Numbered from the stretch's first letter, positions 36,748 through 48,082 are shown. The stretch is DNA of 56,937 nucleotides from an uncultured Bacteroidales bacterium (GCA_964615585.1 CAZTNS010000003.1:1-56937), one strand, 5' to 3'. The notes: generated by a model from the sequence alone, not told the origin. Numbers and translations are program-made.

Positions 36748-37924
36748 CGTTTTCCCGGTTTAATTCGTTATCGGTTTGAGCATTCAGTTCATGTTTTATT
36801 TCTTCTTCCTGAATGCTCCGGCTTACGGATAAAATGAGACCAAAAGCAATTCCAATAAAAACCATAGATGTCCCGCCCATGCTTACAAACGGAAGTGTTT
36901 GTCCAGTAACAGGAAGTAAATTCACAGCCACAAGCATATTAACAAAAGCCTGAAAAACCAACAAGACACTTAATCCGGATACCATCAATGCAGAAAAACT
37001 GCCTTTGCATTTCCTGACAATTTTAACAGAACGATTGAAGAATATAAGATACAGCAATGGGATTAAAATGCCACCAAGTATTATTCCGTATTCTTCAACA
37101 ATGATGGCAAAAATAAAATCAGAATATGGGTGTGGCAAAATATTCCGCTGGACAGACTTCCCGGGGCCATTGGGAATAATGCCTCCTGAAGCAATAGCCA
37201 CACGGGCATGATCTGCCTGAAAATTGCTTTCATTATCCCCTGATACGAAATTTTCAATTCTGGCTTTCCATGTTTCAACACGGCCGCTGTTTGGCATCAG
37301 CATAGCAATGGCAACAAACAGGCATACTCCGCCAATAGCGATGCCTGCGAGACCAAAAATATACTTCCATTGAATCCTTGCAACAAGCATCATAATCATA
37401 GAAGTGATAAAAATAATCATTGCCGTGGAAAAATCTGCAGGAAAAACCAAAGCAGAAACGATGAGGATAGGGAACATGATGATTTTGAAGGCGGATTTAA
37501 AGTCTGTAATCTCATTCTTTCGCTTTGACAAGCGCCTGGCAAGGAAAACAATCAACACAATTTTGGCAAAATCCGAGGTTTGAAAAGACAGGCCGCCCGG
37601 AAGTTTAAGCCATCTGCTGGCTTCATTCAGATTAACCCCAATCAACAAGGTAAGAAGTAACAATATGATTGAAACATAAAAAAAGAATTTTGATAATTTA
37701 CTAAAATACACATAAGGGATATTGTGAACCAAAATGATCACAAAAAAGGCAAAGCACATCTGCAACACATGCCTGACAAGATAATAGGTTGTATTTCCTT
37801 CCTGGAATTTGTAGGCCAGCATTCCCGATGCGCTATATACCGTGAGAACAGAAAAAATAGCCAGCACAAGCAAAATAATCCAGATTACCCTGTCACCTTT
37901 AAAATATGTACTCAGTGGTTTCAT
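36737..37924 (-). CDS. ftsW: SEDS family peptidoglycan polymerase FtsW
   Basis: ASRWL, FQTSDFAK, PHPYSDFIFAIIVEEYG, TGQTLPFVSMGGTS. Confidence 0.95.
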   Translation of the reverse strand: MKPLSTYFKGDRVIWIILLVLAIFSVLTVYSASGMLAYKFQEGNTTYYLVRHVLQMCFAFFVIILVHNIPYVYFSKLSKFFFYVSIILLLLTLLIGVNLNEASRWLKLPGGLSFQTSDFAKIVLIVFLARRLSKRKNEITDFKSAFKIIMFPILIVSALVFPADFSTAMIIFITSMIMMLVARIQWKYIFGLAGIAIGGVCLFVAIAMLMPNSGRVETWKARIENFVSGDNESNFQADHARVAIASGGIIPNGPGKSVQRNILPHPYSDFIFAIIVEEYGIILGGILIPLLYLIFFNRSVKIVRKCKGSFSALMVSGLSVLLVFQAFVNMLVAVNLLPVTGQTLPFVSMGGTSMVFIGIAFGLILSVSRSIQEEEIKHELNAQTDNELNRENDEA

Positions 37925-37936
37925 ACATCAATTCAT

Positions 37937-39271
37937 TTATAATGCCCTTACTGCAGCTTTAAACTGATTTCCACGATCTTCATAGTTTTCAAACAAGTCA
38001 AAACTGGCACATGCAGGGCTCAACAACACGACATCCCCGTCCTTAGCCAAATAATAAGCAGCAGTTACAGCATCAGTCATGGCTTTTGTGTCAACAATTT
38101 TTTCCACAAGATCACCAAACACATCATGGATTTTCTGATTGTCTTCACCCAGGCAGACAATGGCTTTAACCTTTTCGCTCACAAGCATTTCCATTTGCCT
38201 GTAATCGTTGCCTTTGTCAATCCCGCCGACAATCCATACCACTTTTTTTGTCATACTTTCAAGTGCATACCATGCAGAGTTTACATTGGTGGCCTTTGAA
38301 TCGTTAATAAATTCAATTCCATGCACTTTGATAACTGGCTCAAGGCGGTGTTCTACATTTTTAAAATCCATCAGACTTGCTCTGATGCTTTCTTTTTTAA
38401 TGTTCAAAACTTTGGCAATGGCACCGGCAGCCATTGAATTATAAGTATTATGACTGCCTGGTAAAGAAACGTTTTGTACTGACATATCAAAGGGAGTTTT
38501 AATGTTAAAATGAATGAGGCTATTTTCAAGATAAACAGAAGGTTTATCGAGTTTTTTTCTGATACTGAAAGGGATTTTCCGGGCTTTAATGCTTCGTAAC
38601 CCTAATTCTTTTTCTATAACAGGGTCATCTGCCGAATAAATGAACACATCGTTTTCATCCTGATTTTGGAGTATCCTGAATTTTGAATTGATGTACTTAT
38701 TGAAATCAAAATTGTAACGGTCTAGATGATCAGGCGTTATGTTTAATAATACAGCAATGTGGGCTTTAAACTCATACATGTTATCAAGCTGAAAACTGCT
38801 TAATTCTATCACATAATAATCGTGTTCTTTTGTGGCTACCTGATACGCGAAGCTGTTGCCAACATTTCCTGCAAGTGCCACATCAAGGCCCGCATGCTTT
38901 AATATGTGATAAACCCAGAGGGTGGTAGTGGTTTTGCCATTGCTTCCCGTAATGCAAATCATTTTTCCATCTGTGTAGCGGGCGGCAAATTCAATTTCTG
39001 AAACAACAGGAATACTTTTATCCATTGCCTTTTTAATGATGGGAACAGCGGGCGAGACACCAGGGCTTTTAATGATTTCATCTGCGTTTAATACTTCTTG
39101 TTCCGAATGCCCGTTTTCTTCAAACCGAATGTTTTGTTTTTCAAATTTTGATTTGAATTTTATATCAATGGCATTGTTGTCAGAAACAAGCACATCATAG
39201 CCTTTGGTTTTAGCAAGCACTGCTGCCCCAAATCCGCTTTCACCACCTCCTATGACAACAATTTTTTTCAC
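37937..39271 (-). CDS. murD: UDP-N-acetylmuramoyl-L-alanine--D-glutamate ligase
   Basis: GTG start; ITGSNGKTTT, ELSSFQL, NITPDHLDRY, INDSKATN, LSPACASFD. Confidence 0.97.
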   Translation of the reverse strand: MKKIVVIGGGESGFGAAVLAKTKGYDVLVSDNNAIDIKFKSKFEKQNIRFEENGHSEQEVLNADEIIKSPGVSPAVPIIKKAMDKSIPVVSEIEFAARYTDGKMICITGSNGKTTTTLWVYHILKHAGLDVALAGNVGNSFAYQVATKEHDYYVIELSSFQLDNMYEFKAHIAVLLNITPDHLDRYNFDFNKYINSKFRILQNQDENDVFIYSADDPVIEKELGLRSIKARKIPFSIRKKLDKPSVYLENSLIHFNIKTPFDMSVQNVSLPGSHNTYNSMAAGAIAKVLNIKKESIRASLMDFKNVEHRLEPVIKVHGIEFINDSKATNVNSAWYALESMTKKVVWIVGGIDKGNDYRQMEMLVSEKVKAIVCLGEDNQKIHDVFGDLVEKIVDTKAMTDAVTAAYYLAKDGDVVLLSPACASFDLFENYEDRGNQFKAAVRAL

Positions 39272-39273
39272 TA

Positions 39274-40521
39274 TTATCTGATCTTAAGTGTTACAATGGT
39301 AAATACTGCCAGAATGATCCCCACTATCCAAAACCTGGTAACAATCTTGGGTTCAGGAAAGCCCTTTTTTTGATAATGATGATGGAGCGGGGCCATTAAA
39401 TATATTCTGCGGCCCTGTCCAAATCTTTTTTTTGTATATTTAAACCAACTTACCTGCAATAACACACTGACACTTTCCATCAAAAAGATACCGCAAAGCA
39501 CAGGTATCAACAATTCTTTTCTGATGATAATGGCAAAGACAGCAATGATACCTCCGATGGTTAAACTACCGGTATCACCCATAAATACCTGAGCAGGATA
39601 TGAGTTATACCACAAAAAACCAATGGTCGCTCCGATAAAAGCACTCATAAAGATTACCAGTTCCCCGGTATGCGGGATATACATGATGTTAAGGTAATCT
39701 GCTGCAATAAAGTTTCCTGATACATACGCCAGCACGCCAAGGGTGGCGCCAATAATGGCAGAATTCCCGGTGGCCAGGCCATCAAGCCCGTCTGTAAGAT
39801 TGGCTCCATTGGATACCGCTGTAACAATAAGAATGACAATGATCACAAAAACAATCCAAACCCATCCCCCGGCGGAATCATCAAACCACAATAATGACTT
39901 GTAATCAAATTCATTGTTTTTGGTAAACGGAATTGTTGTAATGGTAGATTTATGATCGATGTATTCAACTGTTTTTCCACCATTAATTTCTGACCCCTGT
40001 CCATTAATGCTGGTCATCATTTCGGCATTAACATCCTCAGCCCTGTCTCTTACTACAACAGAATCAGAAAAATAGAGTGTGCCACCAACAATGATTCCCA
40101 AAACAATTTGCCCAAGGATTTTAAATTTTCCGGCAAGTCCGGCTTTATTCTTTTTGAATATTTTGATATAATCATCAACAAACCCTATAAACCCAAGCCA
40201 CAATGTGGTAACAATCATCAGAATAATATACACATTATTAAGGCGGGCAAACAACAATGTTGGCAATATGATTGACAGAATAATTATCAATCCACCCATG
40301 GAAGGGGTTCCTTTTTTTTGCAACTGACCTTCGAGGCCCAAATCTCTGATGTTTTCCCCAATTTGTGATTTCTGTAATAAATTGATAATGTACTTGCCAA
40401 AGATCATAGAAACAATAAGCGAAGTAATCACAGCAAGACCGGACCTGAAAGAAATATATTCAAACATGCCGGCACCCGGCACATTCAACTCATCAAGATA
40501 TTTAAATAAATAATAAAGCAT
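39274..40521 (-). CDS. mraY: Phospho-N-acetylmuramoyl-pentapeptide transferase
   Basis: [37 protein letters not shown]. Confidence 0.97.
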   Translation of the reverse strand: MLYYLFKYLDELNVPGAGMFEYISFRSGLAVITSLIVSMIFGKYIINLLQKSQIGENIRDLGLEGQLQKKGTPSMGGLIIILSIILPTLLFARLNNVYIILMIVTTLWLGFIGFVDDYIKIFKKNKAGLAGKFKILGQIVLGIIVGGTLYFSDSVVVRDRAEDVNAEMMTSINGQGSEINGGKTVEYIDHKSTITTIPFTKNNEFDYKSLLWFDDSAGGWVWIVFVIIVILIVTAVSNGANLTDGLDGLATGNSAIIGATLGVLAYVSGNFIAADYLNIMYIPHTGELVIFMSAFIGATIGFLWYNSYPAQVFMGDTGSLTIGGIIAVFAIIIRKELLIPVLCGIFLMESVSVLLQVSWFKYTKKRFGQGRRIYLMAPLHHHYQKKGFPEPKIVTRFWIVGIILAVFTIVTLKIR

Positions 40522-40523
40522 AT

Positions 40524-41984
40524 TTACATGTTTATCAGTTCATAAATCACTTCTTTGTCATCAAAATGGTGTTTAATACCATTGATTTCCTGAGAGGTTT
40601 CATGGCCTTTTCCTGCAACAAGGATTAAATCTCCTTTGCCGGCGAGATTCCATGCCAATTTAATCGCTTCTTTTCGATCAGGAATTTTCATGGTATGAAT
40701 CAGTTTTTCCTGTGGTACACCAGATTTCACATCATCAATAATGTGTTCAGGTTTTTCACTGCGTGGATTATCCGAAGTAATAATAAGCTTATTACAATAC
40801 AACGCTGCAATTCTTCCCATCTCCGGCCGTTTTTTATGATCCCTGTCTCCCCCTGCACCAAACACACAAATCAACTGACTTCCTTCCATTTTAAAATCAA
40901 ATAGAGTGGTCAATACATTTTCCAGAGCATCGGGAGTATGAGCATAATCAACTACAGCAGTTTTCCCGTCCCCGGAGCGAATGGTTTCAAGCCGTCCTTC
41001 CACAGGTAATAATTCTGACAACGCTTTGTATGTATCTTCTTCAGGTAAATCCAGCAGATTGGCCACGCCGAAAACAGCCAGCATGTTACAGGCATTGTAT
41101 TCTCCTATTACCGGGGTCCAGATTTCTTTGTCATTGATAAAAAGCTGCATCCCGTCAAAATGCTTTTCTCCGATACTGAGCCTGAAATCAGCCATAGACT
41201 TAAGCGCAAAGGTTTTCTTCTTTGCCTTGCTGTTTTGAACCATCACAGAAGCGTGTTTATCATCGATGTTGATAAGAGCAAATGCATGTTTATCCAGTGT
41301 GTCGAAAAAACTTTTCTTGGTCCTTAAATAATTGTTGAATGTTTTATGGTAATCCAGATGATCATGTGTAATGTTGGTGAATACGGCTACATCAAAATCC
41401 AACCCATCAATTCTTTTTTGTTGTATGGCATGAGAGCTGACTTCCATAAAACAGAATTCACAGCCTTTATTTACCATATCTGCCATCAGCCTGTTAATCT
41501 GGACAGGGTCAGGGGTTGTATGTGTTGCCTGTCTTTCAGTTGTGTGGATATAATTCCTGATGGTGGATAAAAGTCCGGCTTTATAACCCATTTTTTCCAT
41601 CAATTGATACAACATACTGGCTGTTGTGGTTTTTCCATTTGTACCTGTAATACCAACCAGTTTTAGCTTACATGAGGGGTTTCCAAAAAATTCAGAGGCA
41701 AGCACTGCCAAAGCCGATGCAGAATCCTCTACCCGCAAATAATGAATACCATCAACAGGGTCAGCAGGCATTGATTCACAGACTATCAACCTGGCTCCAT
41801 TGTCTATTGCCTGAGGTATAAACTTATGTCCGTCCACCTTTGTTCCCGGAATAGCTACAAACACAGCATCTCCGCAGATTATACGGCTATCGAAACAAAT
41901 ATAATCAAACTGATTGCAAGTGCCTTCACGATGCTCCTGCACATCAATTACCTGTTCAATATGTTTAATATCCAGTTTCTTCAT
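40524..41984 (-). CDS. murE: UDP-N-acetylmuramoyl-L-alanyl-D-glutamate--2,6-diaminopimelate ligase
   Basis: [37 protein letters not shown] (mDAP-type), GKGHE. Confidence 0.97.
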   Translation of the reverse strand: MKKLDIKHIEQVIDVQEHREGTCNQFDYICFDSRIICGDAVFVAIPGTKVDGHKFIPQAIDNGARLIVCESMPADPVDGIHYLRVEDSASALAVLASEFFGNPSCKLKLVGITGTNGKTTTASMLYQLMEKMGYKAGLLSTIRNYIHTTERQATHTTPDPVQINRLMADMVNKGCEFCFMEVSSHAIQQKRIDGLDFDVAVFTNITHDHLDYHKTFNNYLRTKKSFFDTLDKHAFALINIDDKHASVMVQNSKAKKKTFALKSMADFRLSIGEKHFDGMQLFINDKEIWTPVIGEYNACNMLAVFGVANLLDLPEEDTYKALSELLPVEGRLETIRSGDGKTAVVDYAHTPDALENVLTTLFDFKMEGSQLICVFGAGGDRDHKKRPEMGRIAALYCNKLIITSDNPRSEKPEHIIDDVKSGVPQEKLIHTMKIPDRKEAIKLAWNLAGKGDLILVAGKGHETSQEINGIKHHFDDKEVIYELINM

Positions 41985-44089
41985 GATGACAATTCGATTT
42001 CAATGTACTGTCCGTCATTATATTTTTCATGAGCAAGCGGGTTTTGTCTGACAACTTGTCCACGTCCTTTGACCCTGACATTAAGCCCATGTTCTTCCAA
42101 CACTTTTATGGCATCGCTCATCCCCATGCCAACCACATTAGGTACCACATTTTTCTGACTGTAATCCCTGATGTAATACAAAATCTTACCCTCTTTTTCT
42201 ACCGGATATACCCACTGACAATCCCGCATATTTCTTTTATCCCGTGGTATATTCAATGCATCAAGAGAATTATCCAGTTTTTTTCTGTCGGAAATTTTAA
42301 CAGCAGGCAAGAAAGCCTGAGTGTTTTCCAACCTTGGCTTAGGATGTAAATCAGGGTCAATGGCATAAATCCTGTCAGCTATTTCCCTGAATACAGGGCC
42401 AGCAACAATATTACCGTAATAACCGTATCTTTTGGGATCATTGACAACCACAATACAAGAATATTTGGGATCATCAGCTGGAAAATACCCGGCAAAAGAA
42501 GCCTGATAAAATTGATTTTCATTGGTTAAGCCGTAATTAACCTGTGCAGTTCCGGTTTTTCCGGCTATTCTATAATTGACATTGTTCAGGTTTTCGGCAG
42601 TTCCTTCTTTAACCACCCTTTTCAGCATTTCCTTCACTTCTTTTATTGTTGTTTGTGAACAAATAGAATGGTTTAAAACTTCTACAGTCATTTTCTTCAC
42701 CTCCTGACCTCTGTAACTAAGGGCTTTTACAAAACGTGGTTTCATCTTTTTGCCATTGTTGGCAATGGCATTATAAAATGCCAGAATTTGAAGTGGGGTG
42801 AGCGCTACCTCGTATCCGATAGACATTTGCGGCAATGACAACCCCGACCATTTATCCTCGCCCGGATAACGAATCAGAGGTTTTGCTTCACCACGAATAC
42901 ACACATCCAAAGGCTCATTTAAACCCATTTTATAAAGGCGGTCAACAAATCGTTCAGGCCTTGAATTGTAATGTTTGAAAATCACTTTGGATATGCCGAC
43001 GTTGGAGGATTTTATCAGCGCTTCAGCAAACGAAATGGTGCCAAAACCACCTTCATGCGTATCTTCCATACGGTGATCGTAATAATAAAAAACACCATTC
43101 TCCGTATTGATGCTGTCATCCGGTTGGATAACTTTATCTTCAAGAGCCACAATTACCGATGCAAGTTTAAATGTTGATCCCGGGTCAGTAGCTTCACCAA
43201 CAGCATAATTAAAGGCTTCGATATAATTATCATGTTTGTTTTTCTTCAGATTGGCAATGGCAAGTACATCCCCCGTTTCCACCTCCATGACCACTGCCGT
43301 ACCATGGTCTGCATCATGAAACCTTAATCTTCTTTCCAGGGCTGTTTCTGCCACGTCCTGAATTCTGACATCAAGGGTAGTAATCAAATCAAGGCCATCC
43401 TGGGGTTCTATTTCATTTCCGTCGTTGACAGGCATCCATAAGTTTCCGGCCACTTTTTGTTTAACAGCAAAACCCTTAATCCCTCTCAGCTCTTTATCAA
43501 AAGCACCTTCAAGTCCAACCCCTTCTTTGCGTCCGTTTTTCCGCATGGTTCCAATGGTCCTGCGCGCCAAAATACCATAAGGATGTTCCCGCTCACTGCG
43601 TTGAAAATACACAAAACCGCCTTTATATCTGCCACGCCTGAATATAGGGCAGTTTTTCAGTTTTTTTAGTTGATCATATGTTACATTATAACTCAACCTT
43701 ACGTAACGGTCGCCCCTGTCTCTTGCCCTGCACAAGATATGATCGAAATAATCAACTGAATGTCCTAAAATCTCAGACAAACAAATGGTAAGAGAATCAA
43801 TGTTTTCAGAAAAAAGCTCATTATTAATGGCATCACAATTTGGATCCCATCCCACCTCATAATATGGAACGGATGTTGCCAGCACGCGGCCATCTCTACT
43901 CAGAATATCTCCTCTGAACGGCTCTATCACACTTTCATGTATTACCTGCCTGCTCAATGCTTCAATTTCTTTATCATCAGTAAATATCTGCAAGGCAACC
44001 AATTTACCAACTACAAGCAATCCAAGCAGAAGCATGAAACCATAAATGAGTTTCACAGTAAAAACAATATGTTTCCTTTCTGTTTTCAT
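41981..44089 (-). CDS. ftsI: Class B penicillin-binding protein (FtsI) with C-terminal PASTA domain
   Basis: PGSTFK (SxxK), SSN, KTGT; C-terminal VPNVVGM PASTA. Confidence 0.93.
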   Translation of the reverse strand: MKTERKHIVFTVKLIYGFMLLLGLLVVGKLVALQIFTDDKEIEALSRQVIHESVIEPFRGDILSRDGRVLATSVPYYEVGWDPNCDAINNELFSENIDSLTICLSEILGHSVDYFDHILCRARDRGDRYVRLSYNVTYDQLKKLKNCPIFRRGRYKGGFVYFQRSEREHPYGILARRTIGTMRKNGRKEGVGLEGAFDKELRGIKGFAVKQKVAGNLWMPVNDGNEIEPQDGLDLITTLDVRIQDVAETALERRLRFHDADHGTAVVMEVETGDVLAIANLKKNKHDNYIEAFNYAVGEATDPGSTFKLASVIVALEDKVIQPDDSINTENGVFYYYDHRMEDTHEGGFGTISFAEALIKSSNVGISKVIFKHYNSRPERFVDRLYKMGLNEPLDVCIRGEAKPLIRYPGEDKWSGLSLPQMSIGYEVALTPLQILAFYNAIANNGKKMKPRFVKALSYRGQEVKKMTVEVLNHSICSQTTIKEVKEMLKRVVKEGTAENLNNVNYRIAGKTGTAQVNYGLTNENQFYQASFAGYFPADDPKYSCIVVVNDPKRYGYYGNIVAGPVFREIADRIYAIDPDLHPKPRLENTQAFLPAVKISDRKKLDNSLDALNIPRDKRNMRDCQWVYPVEKEGKILYYIRDYSQKNVVPNVVGMGMSDAIKVLEEHGLNVRVKGRGQVVRQNPLAHEKYNDGQYIEIELSS

Positions 44090-44457
44090 TAATCAATATC
44101 ATATGTGATTTTAACCGGAGGTTCTTCAGCATAACTGAGATCAGAACCATGCTGTTTTAACATTTTCAAAACCTCCTGTTGCCTCGATTTACGCATCAGT
44201 TCAGACTGAACCGTTATCTTTTCGCTTCGTAATTCACGGATTTCTTTTCTTGTTTCCTCTGTCAACACAAAAACTTTTTCAGCATGATACCTGTTTGATA
44301 TATATATCAGTGCCAGCAATGCCAGGAAAATGATGAAAGGCAGTTGTCTGATTACATAGTCTCTGGTAAACACACTACCATCCAGCACACCACGAAAGCT
44401 TTTCCGAAAGTTATTCTCCCGTTCTTTGCTCCTGCTATGCGTTTTCTTTTTACTCAT
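44089..44457 (-). CDS. ftsL: FtsL-like cell division protein
   Basis: Single TM followed by a coiled coil; position between rsmH and ftsI. Confidence 0.8.
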   Translation of the reverse strand: MSKKKTHSRSKERENNFRKSFRGVLDGSVFTRDYVIRQLPFIIFLALLALIYISNRYHAEKVFVLTEETRKEIRELRSEKITVQSELMRKSRQQEVLKMLKQHGSDLSYAEEPPVKITYDID

Positions 44458-45355
44458 GACATTTTATTTCTGCAATCCTCATCTTTACACTTCTGGCACG
44501 TGGATTTTCCAGGATTTCAGATTCATCTGCCTGCAATGGTTTTTTTGTTATTGCCTTTACAGGGTTAATGACATTACCATAAAAGTCTTTATGAATCTTC
44601 CCCTCCGGATGTCCGGCACGGATAAAATTTTTCACAAGCCTGTCTTCCAGGGAATGATAGGACAAGACCACCATTCTGCCTCCGGGCTTCAATATATCAG
44701 GCACGAGAACCAAAAAATCTGTTAATGCCTGCATTTCCTGGTTTACTTCAATCCTCAAAGCCTGAAAAACCCGTGCTAAAAATTTGTTTTCAGTATGTTG
44801 GCTAAACAAGGGACTAAGCAATTCTTTCAAATCCATGGTGGTATTGATCTTTTTTGATTTTCTGGCTTCGATTATTCTTCCGGCAATTCCACGTGCATTT
44901 TTCAATTCACCATAAGCTCTGAAGATGTTAATCAGATCCTTCTCAGCGTATTCATTAAGCACATCTTTTGCTGATACCGGTGCATCTGAATTCATTCGCA
45001 TATCAAGTTCAGCATCAAATCGAAAACTAAAGCCACGGCCTTTCTGGTCAATTTGCCATGAAGAAACACCCAGATCAGCAATGATCCCATCGAAAAAGTC
45101 TATATGGTGATACCTCATAAAATTTTTTATGTACCGGAAATTAGCATGTACCGGAATAATATTTTTGTTATCAGATAAATTTTTCAATGCTTCTGCATCC
45201 TGATCAAAAACCATGAGTTTTCCTTTGTCAAGTTGCGATAATATACGGTCGCTATGTCCTCCTCCACCAAATGTAAGATCAGCATACATCCCATTAGGCT
45301 TGACATTCAAAGCATCCACCGCTTCGCTTAATAATACAGGAACATGATAACTCAT
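44450..45355 (-). CDS. rsmH: 16S rRNA (C1402-N4) methyltransferase RsmH
   Basis: HVPVLL, DLTFGGGGHS, DLGVSS, LDMRM, FQALRIEVN, SYHSLEDR, NPRARS. Confidence 0.97.
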   Translation of the reverse strand: MSYHVPVLLSEAVDALNVKPNGMYADLTFGGGGHSDRILSQLDKGKLMVFDQDAEALKNLSDNKNIIPVHANFRYIKNFMRYHHIDFFDGIIADLGVSSWQIDQKGRGFSFRFDAELDMRMNSDAPVSAKDVLNEYAEKDLINIFRAYGELKNARGIAGRIIEARKSKKINTTMDLKELLSPLFSQHTENKFLARVFQALRIEVNQEMQALTDFLVLVPDILKPGGRMVVLSYHSLEDRLVKNFIRAGHPEGKIHKDFYGNVINPVKAITKKPLQADESEILENPRARSVKMRIAEIKCHE

Positions 45356-45813
45356 TTTTCAATTACCGGATTATCAGTTTGACCTAAAATCTTCTCAGCC
45401 AACAAACCAAAATCATCATCAGTGCCCATGTTTTCCCACGCTTCATAGGGCCATATCTCAATTTTTGTATCCAGACCCGCAAACACGAGATCCTTTTTCG
45501 CATTGGTTTTGATGATAAGTCGTTTCGGGATCAACAACCGGTTATTTGCATCCGGATAAAGCTCAGCCGTACCACTGTAAAACTGCCGTATAAACCGGCT
45601 GTGTTCCCTGTTATATGGATTTAATTTCTGCTGAAGGATTTTATTTTGCCTCTCCCACTCATGCATTGGATACAACACAAGACAAGGCTCAAAGATGTCT
45701 TCTTTGATAACAAAACCTTCCTGCTCACGGCCACCAAGCTGCCGTTTAAGGGCTGATGGGAATAACACGCGCCCTGCACTATCCAGTTTTACTATGTGCT
45801 CACCAATAAACAT
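45352..45813 (-). CDS. mraZ: Division/cell wall cluster transcriptional repressor MraZ
   Basis: FIGEH...LDSAGRVLFP, DANNRLLIP, KIEIW; first gene of dcw. Confidence 0.93.
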   Translation of the reverse strand: MFIGEHIVKLDSAGRVLFPSALKRQLGGREQEGFVIKEDIFEPCLVLYPMHEWERQNKILQQKLNPYNREHSRFIRQFYSGTAELYPDANNRLLIPKRLIIKTNAKKDLVFAGLDTKIEIWPYEAWENMGTDDDFGLLAEKILGQTDNPVIEK

Positions 45814-45860
45814 GTGACTAATAAATTCAGTTTCCGATATTTAGAATGTAAAAATAATAA

Positions 45861-45900
45861 CAAATTCCCAATTTTTACCATAATATTCCATTTTTTCCCA
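45861..45900 (-). promoter_or_regulatory. Four MraZ-binding-like boxes at 10-bp period
   Basis: Minus strand TGGGA-n5-TGGAA-n5-TGGTA-n5-TGGGA upstream of mraZ; MraZ is known to bind TGGG(N) repeats with about 10-bp spacing. Confidence 0.75.
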
Positions 45901-46060
45901 TTTTGTTGATAACTTTTTTCAAAATCATATTGTATTGGGTGTTACCAATGGATAAAATAATTTCGTGATTAACAGAAATAAAGCTGTATATATGGGGTAT
46001 ATAAGAAGATTTTATTAATTTTGAGATTGAAAGAATTATGATAGAAGAAACGGCAGAAAA

Positions 46061-46888
46061 ATGGAAAAGGACAACAGCGAAAATGACATTTTACAGATTG
46101 ATCTTGACCAAATTGTCAGGAACAAATCAGGGAAACGGAAGGTTCCGAAGTTTGTGGTCAATGTTTTAAAACGCATTGTTCACCAGGATGAGATAAATGG
46201 ATTTTTACGCCGTCATCATGGTAAAAAGGGACTTGAATGGTCTAAGGCATTTCTTGATGAATTTGACATAAAAGTAGAAACAACAGGAGAGGAAAAAATT
46301 CCGGATGAGGGACGGTTTATTTTTGCTGCCAATCACCCTTTGGGAGGGACAGAGAGTCATGTTTTCATGGTGGTTGTAGGCCGGCATTTCGACAACATAA
46401 AAGTCCCGGTGAATGATTTGTTGATGTATCTCAAGCCCATGGAGTCAATATTCATTCCATTGAATAAATTCGGGGGGCAAAACAAAGAAAACATCAAATT
46501 ACTAAACGATACGTTTGCGTCAGACGCACAGATTTTAATGTTCCCTTCAGGCTTGGCTTCGCGGAGAATCAAAGGAGAAATAAAGGACCCCGAATGGAAA
46601 AAAACCTTCATCACCAAAGCGATTCAATACAAACGAGATGTTATCCCTGTGTATATTGAAGGCAGAAATTCAAATTTCTTTTATAATCTTGCCAAACTGC
46701 GAAAATTTTTGCGGATAAAGTTTAATATTGAAATGATGTTTTTACCCAATGAACTATTTAAACAAAGGGGAATGACCATACGTTTACATTTTGGAGAACC
46801 GATTTCGTACAAGTTTTTTGATGATTCAAAATCACCACTGGCCTGGGCAAAATTTGTAAAAGGTAAAGTATATGCAATGAAAGTCTGA
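46061..46888 (+). CDS. PlsC-family acyltransferase (1-acyl-sn-glycerol-3-phosphate acyltransferase-like; GlsA/ChoB-like O-acyltransferase)
   Basis: ANHPLGGTE (HxxxxE variant) and FPSGLASR motifs; adjacent to a GNAT gene. Confidence 0.85.
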   Translation: MEKDNSENDILQIDLDQIVRNKSGKRKVPKFVVNVLKRIVHQDEINGFLRRHHGKKGLEWSKAFLDEFDIKVETTGEEKIPDEGRFIFAANHPLGGTESHVFMVVVGRHFDNIKVPVNDLLMYLKPMESIFIPLNKFGGQNKENIKLLNDTFASDAQILMFPSGLASRRIKGEIKDPEWKKTFITKAIQYKRDVIPVYIEGRNSNFFYNLAKLRKFLRIKFNIEMMFLPNELFKQRGMTIRLHFGEPISYKFFDDSKSPLAWAKFVKGKVYAMKV

Positions 46889-46944
46889 TTTTAAAAAAAA
46901 ATGGTTAATTTTGTTAAATTGTTAAAAATGATTACGCAGAATTC

Positions 46945-47844
46945 ATGGAAAAAATAATACCACCGGTTGAGAGAAACCTACTGGAAAAAGAACTCACACA
47001 AGATAAGTTTCTCAGGAAATCAAATTTTGGTTATTCTGAAATTTACATTTTTACCCATAAAAACAGCCCAATGCTGCTTAAGGAAATCGGGAGATTGCGT
47101 GAATTAACTTTCAGGGAAGCCGGTGGTGGTACAGGAAAATCTCTTGACATTGACAGTTTTGATGTATCTGATACTCCTTATCAACAGCTTGTCGTTTGGG
47201 ACCCCGATGACAGGGAAATTGTAGGGGCTTACCGTTTTATCTGCGGAAAAGATGTACTGGACGATATTGACGGAAAAATGGCCACAAAACGCTTGTTCCG
47301 GTTTTCTGAAAAATTTATTAATAAATATCTTCCATATACCATTGAACTAGGAAGGTCAATAGTTCAACCAAAATACCAATTTGCCAACAATCGAAAAAAA
47401 GGGCTGTATGCATTGGATAATTTATGGGATGGTCTTGGTGCTTTGGTGGTAAAATACCCGGAAATGAAATATTTTTTCGGAAAAGTAACAATGTATAAAC
47501 ATTTTGATCAACAGGCACGTAATCTGATTTTGACTTTTATAAGTATTTATTTCCCCAATAAAGACCAGTTAGTTGAAGCAATAGAACCAATTGACTTTGA
47601 TCCTTCAAAGTACAAGCATTTTTTTCATGGGAATAATTATAAAAAAGATTATGCTATTTTAAGCAAGAAGGTCCGTTCATTGGGCGAAAACATCCCCCCA
47701 CTGTTCAATGCATATATGAATTTATCTCCCAGCATGCAAACATTCGGCACAGTAGAAAACCGGCACTTTGGAGGTGTTGAAGAAACCGGTATCCTTATAA
47801 ATATCCAGGATATTTATGAAAGTAAACGTAAAAGACATCTGTAA
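46945..47844 (+). CDS. GNAT family N-acyltransferase (OlsB/GlsB/ChoA-like)
   Basis: EIGRLRELTFREAGGG, DIDSFD, IVGAYR, IELGRS, IPPLFNAY. Confidence 0.85.
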   Translation: MEKIIPPVERNLLEKELTQDKFLRKSNFGYSEIYIFTHKNSPMLLKEIGRLRELTFREAGGGTGKSLDIDSFDVSDTPYQQLVVWDPDDREIVGAYRFICGKDVLDDIDGKMATKRLFRFSEKFINKYLPYTIELGRSIVQPKYQFANNRKKGLYALDNLWDGLGALVVKYPEMKYFFGKVTMYKHFDQQARNLILTFISIYFPNKDQLVEAIEPIDFDPSKYKHFFHGNNYKKDYAILSKKVRSLGENIPPLFNAYMNLSPSMQTFGTVENRHFGGVEETGILINIQDIYESKRKRHL

Positions 47845-47987
47845 AATAATGCGCTTTCTGTTCATTAATTATTGTGGTTATCTGGTACATCCAATAATAA
47901 ATCAACCAAACATTAAGTTTATATTATAAAGTCTGACATGCTTTTATTGATTATTGAGTCCAATCTAAAAATCAACTAAATGATAAA

Positions 47988-48082
47988 TACCACAAAGGCA
48001 CTAAGACAACATTACCCTCACAAACTGTATTTCTATGCCTTACACTTTGTGATGCTTTGAGGTTCTTGTTGTCTTAGTAGCA
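47988..48082. repeat. REP-like hairpin element with a perfect 12-bp inverted repeat
   Basis: actaagacaaca (48000-48011) / tgttgtcttagt (48067-48078), preceded by ccacaaaggcactaag. Confidence 0.65.

Noticed and set aside
39274-41984. Absence of murF between murE and mraY
   Set aside because: murF lying outside the dcw cluster is the usual Bacteroidota arrangement, not a novelty
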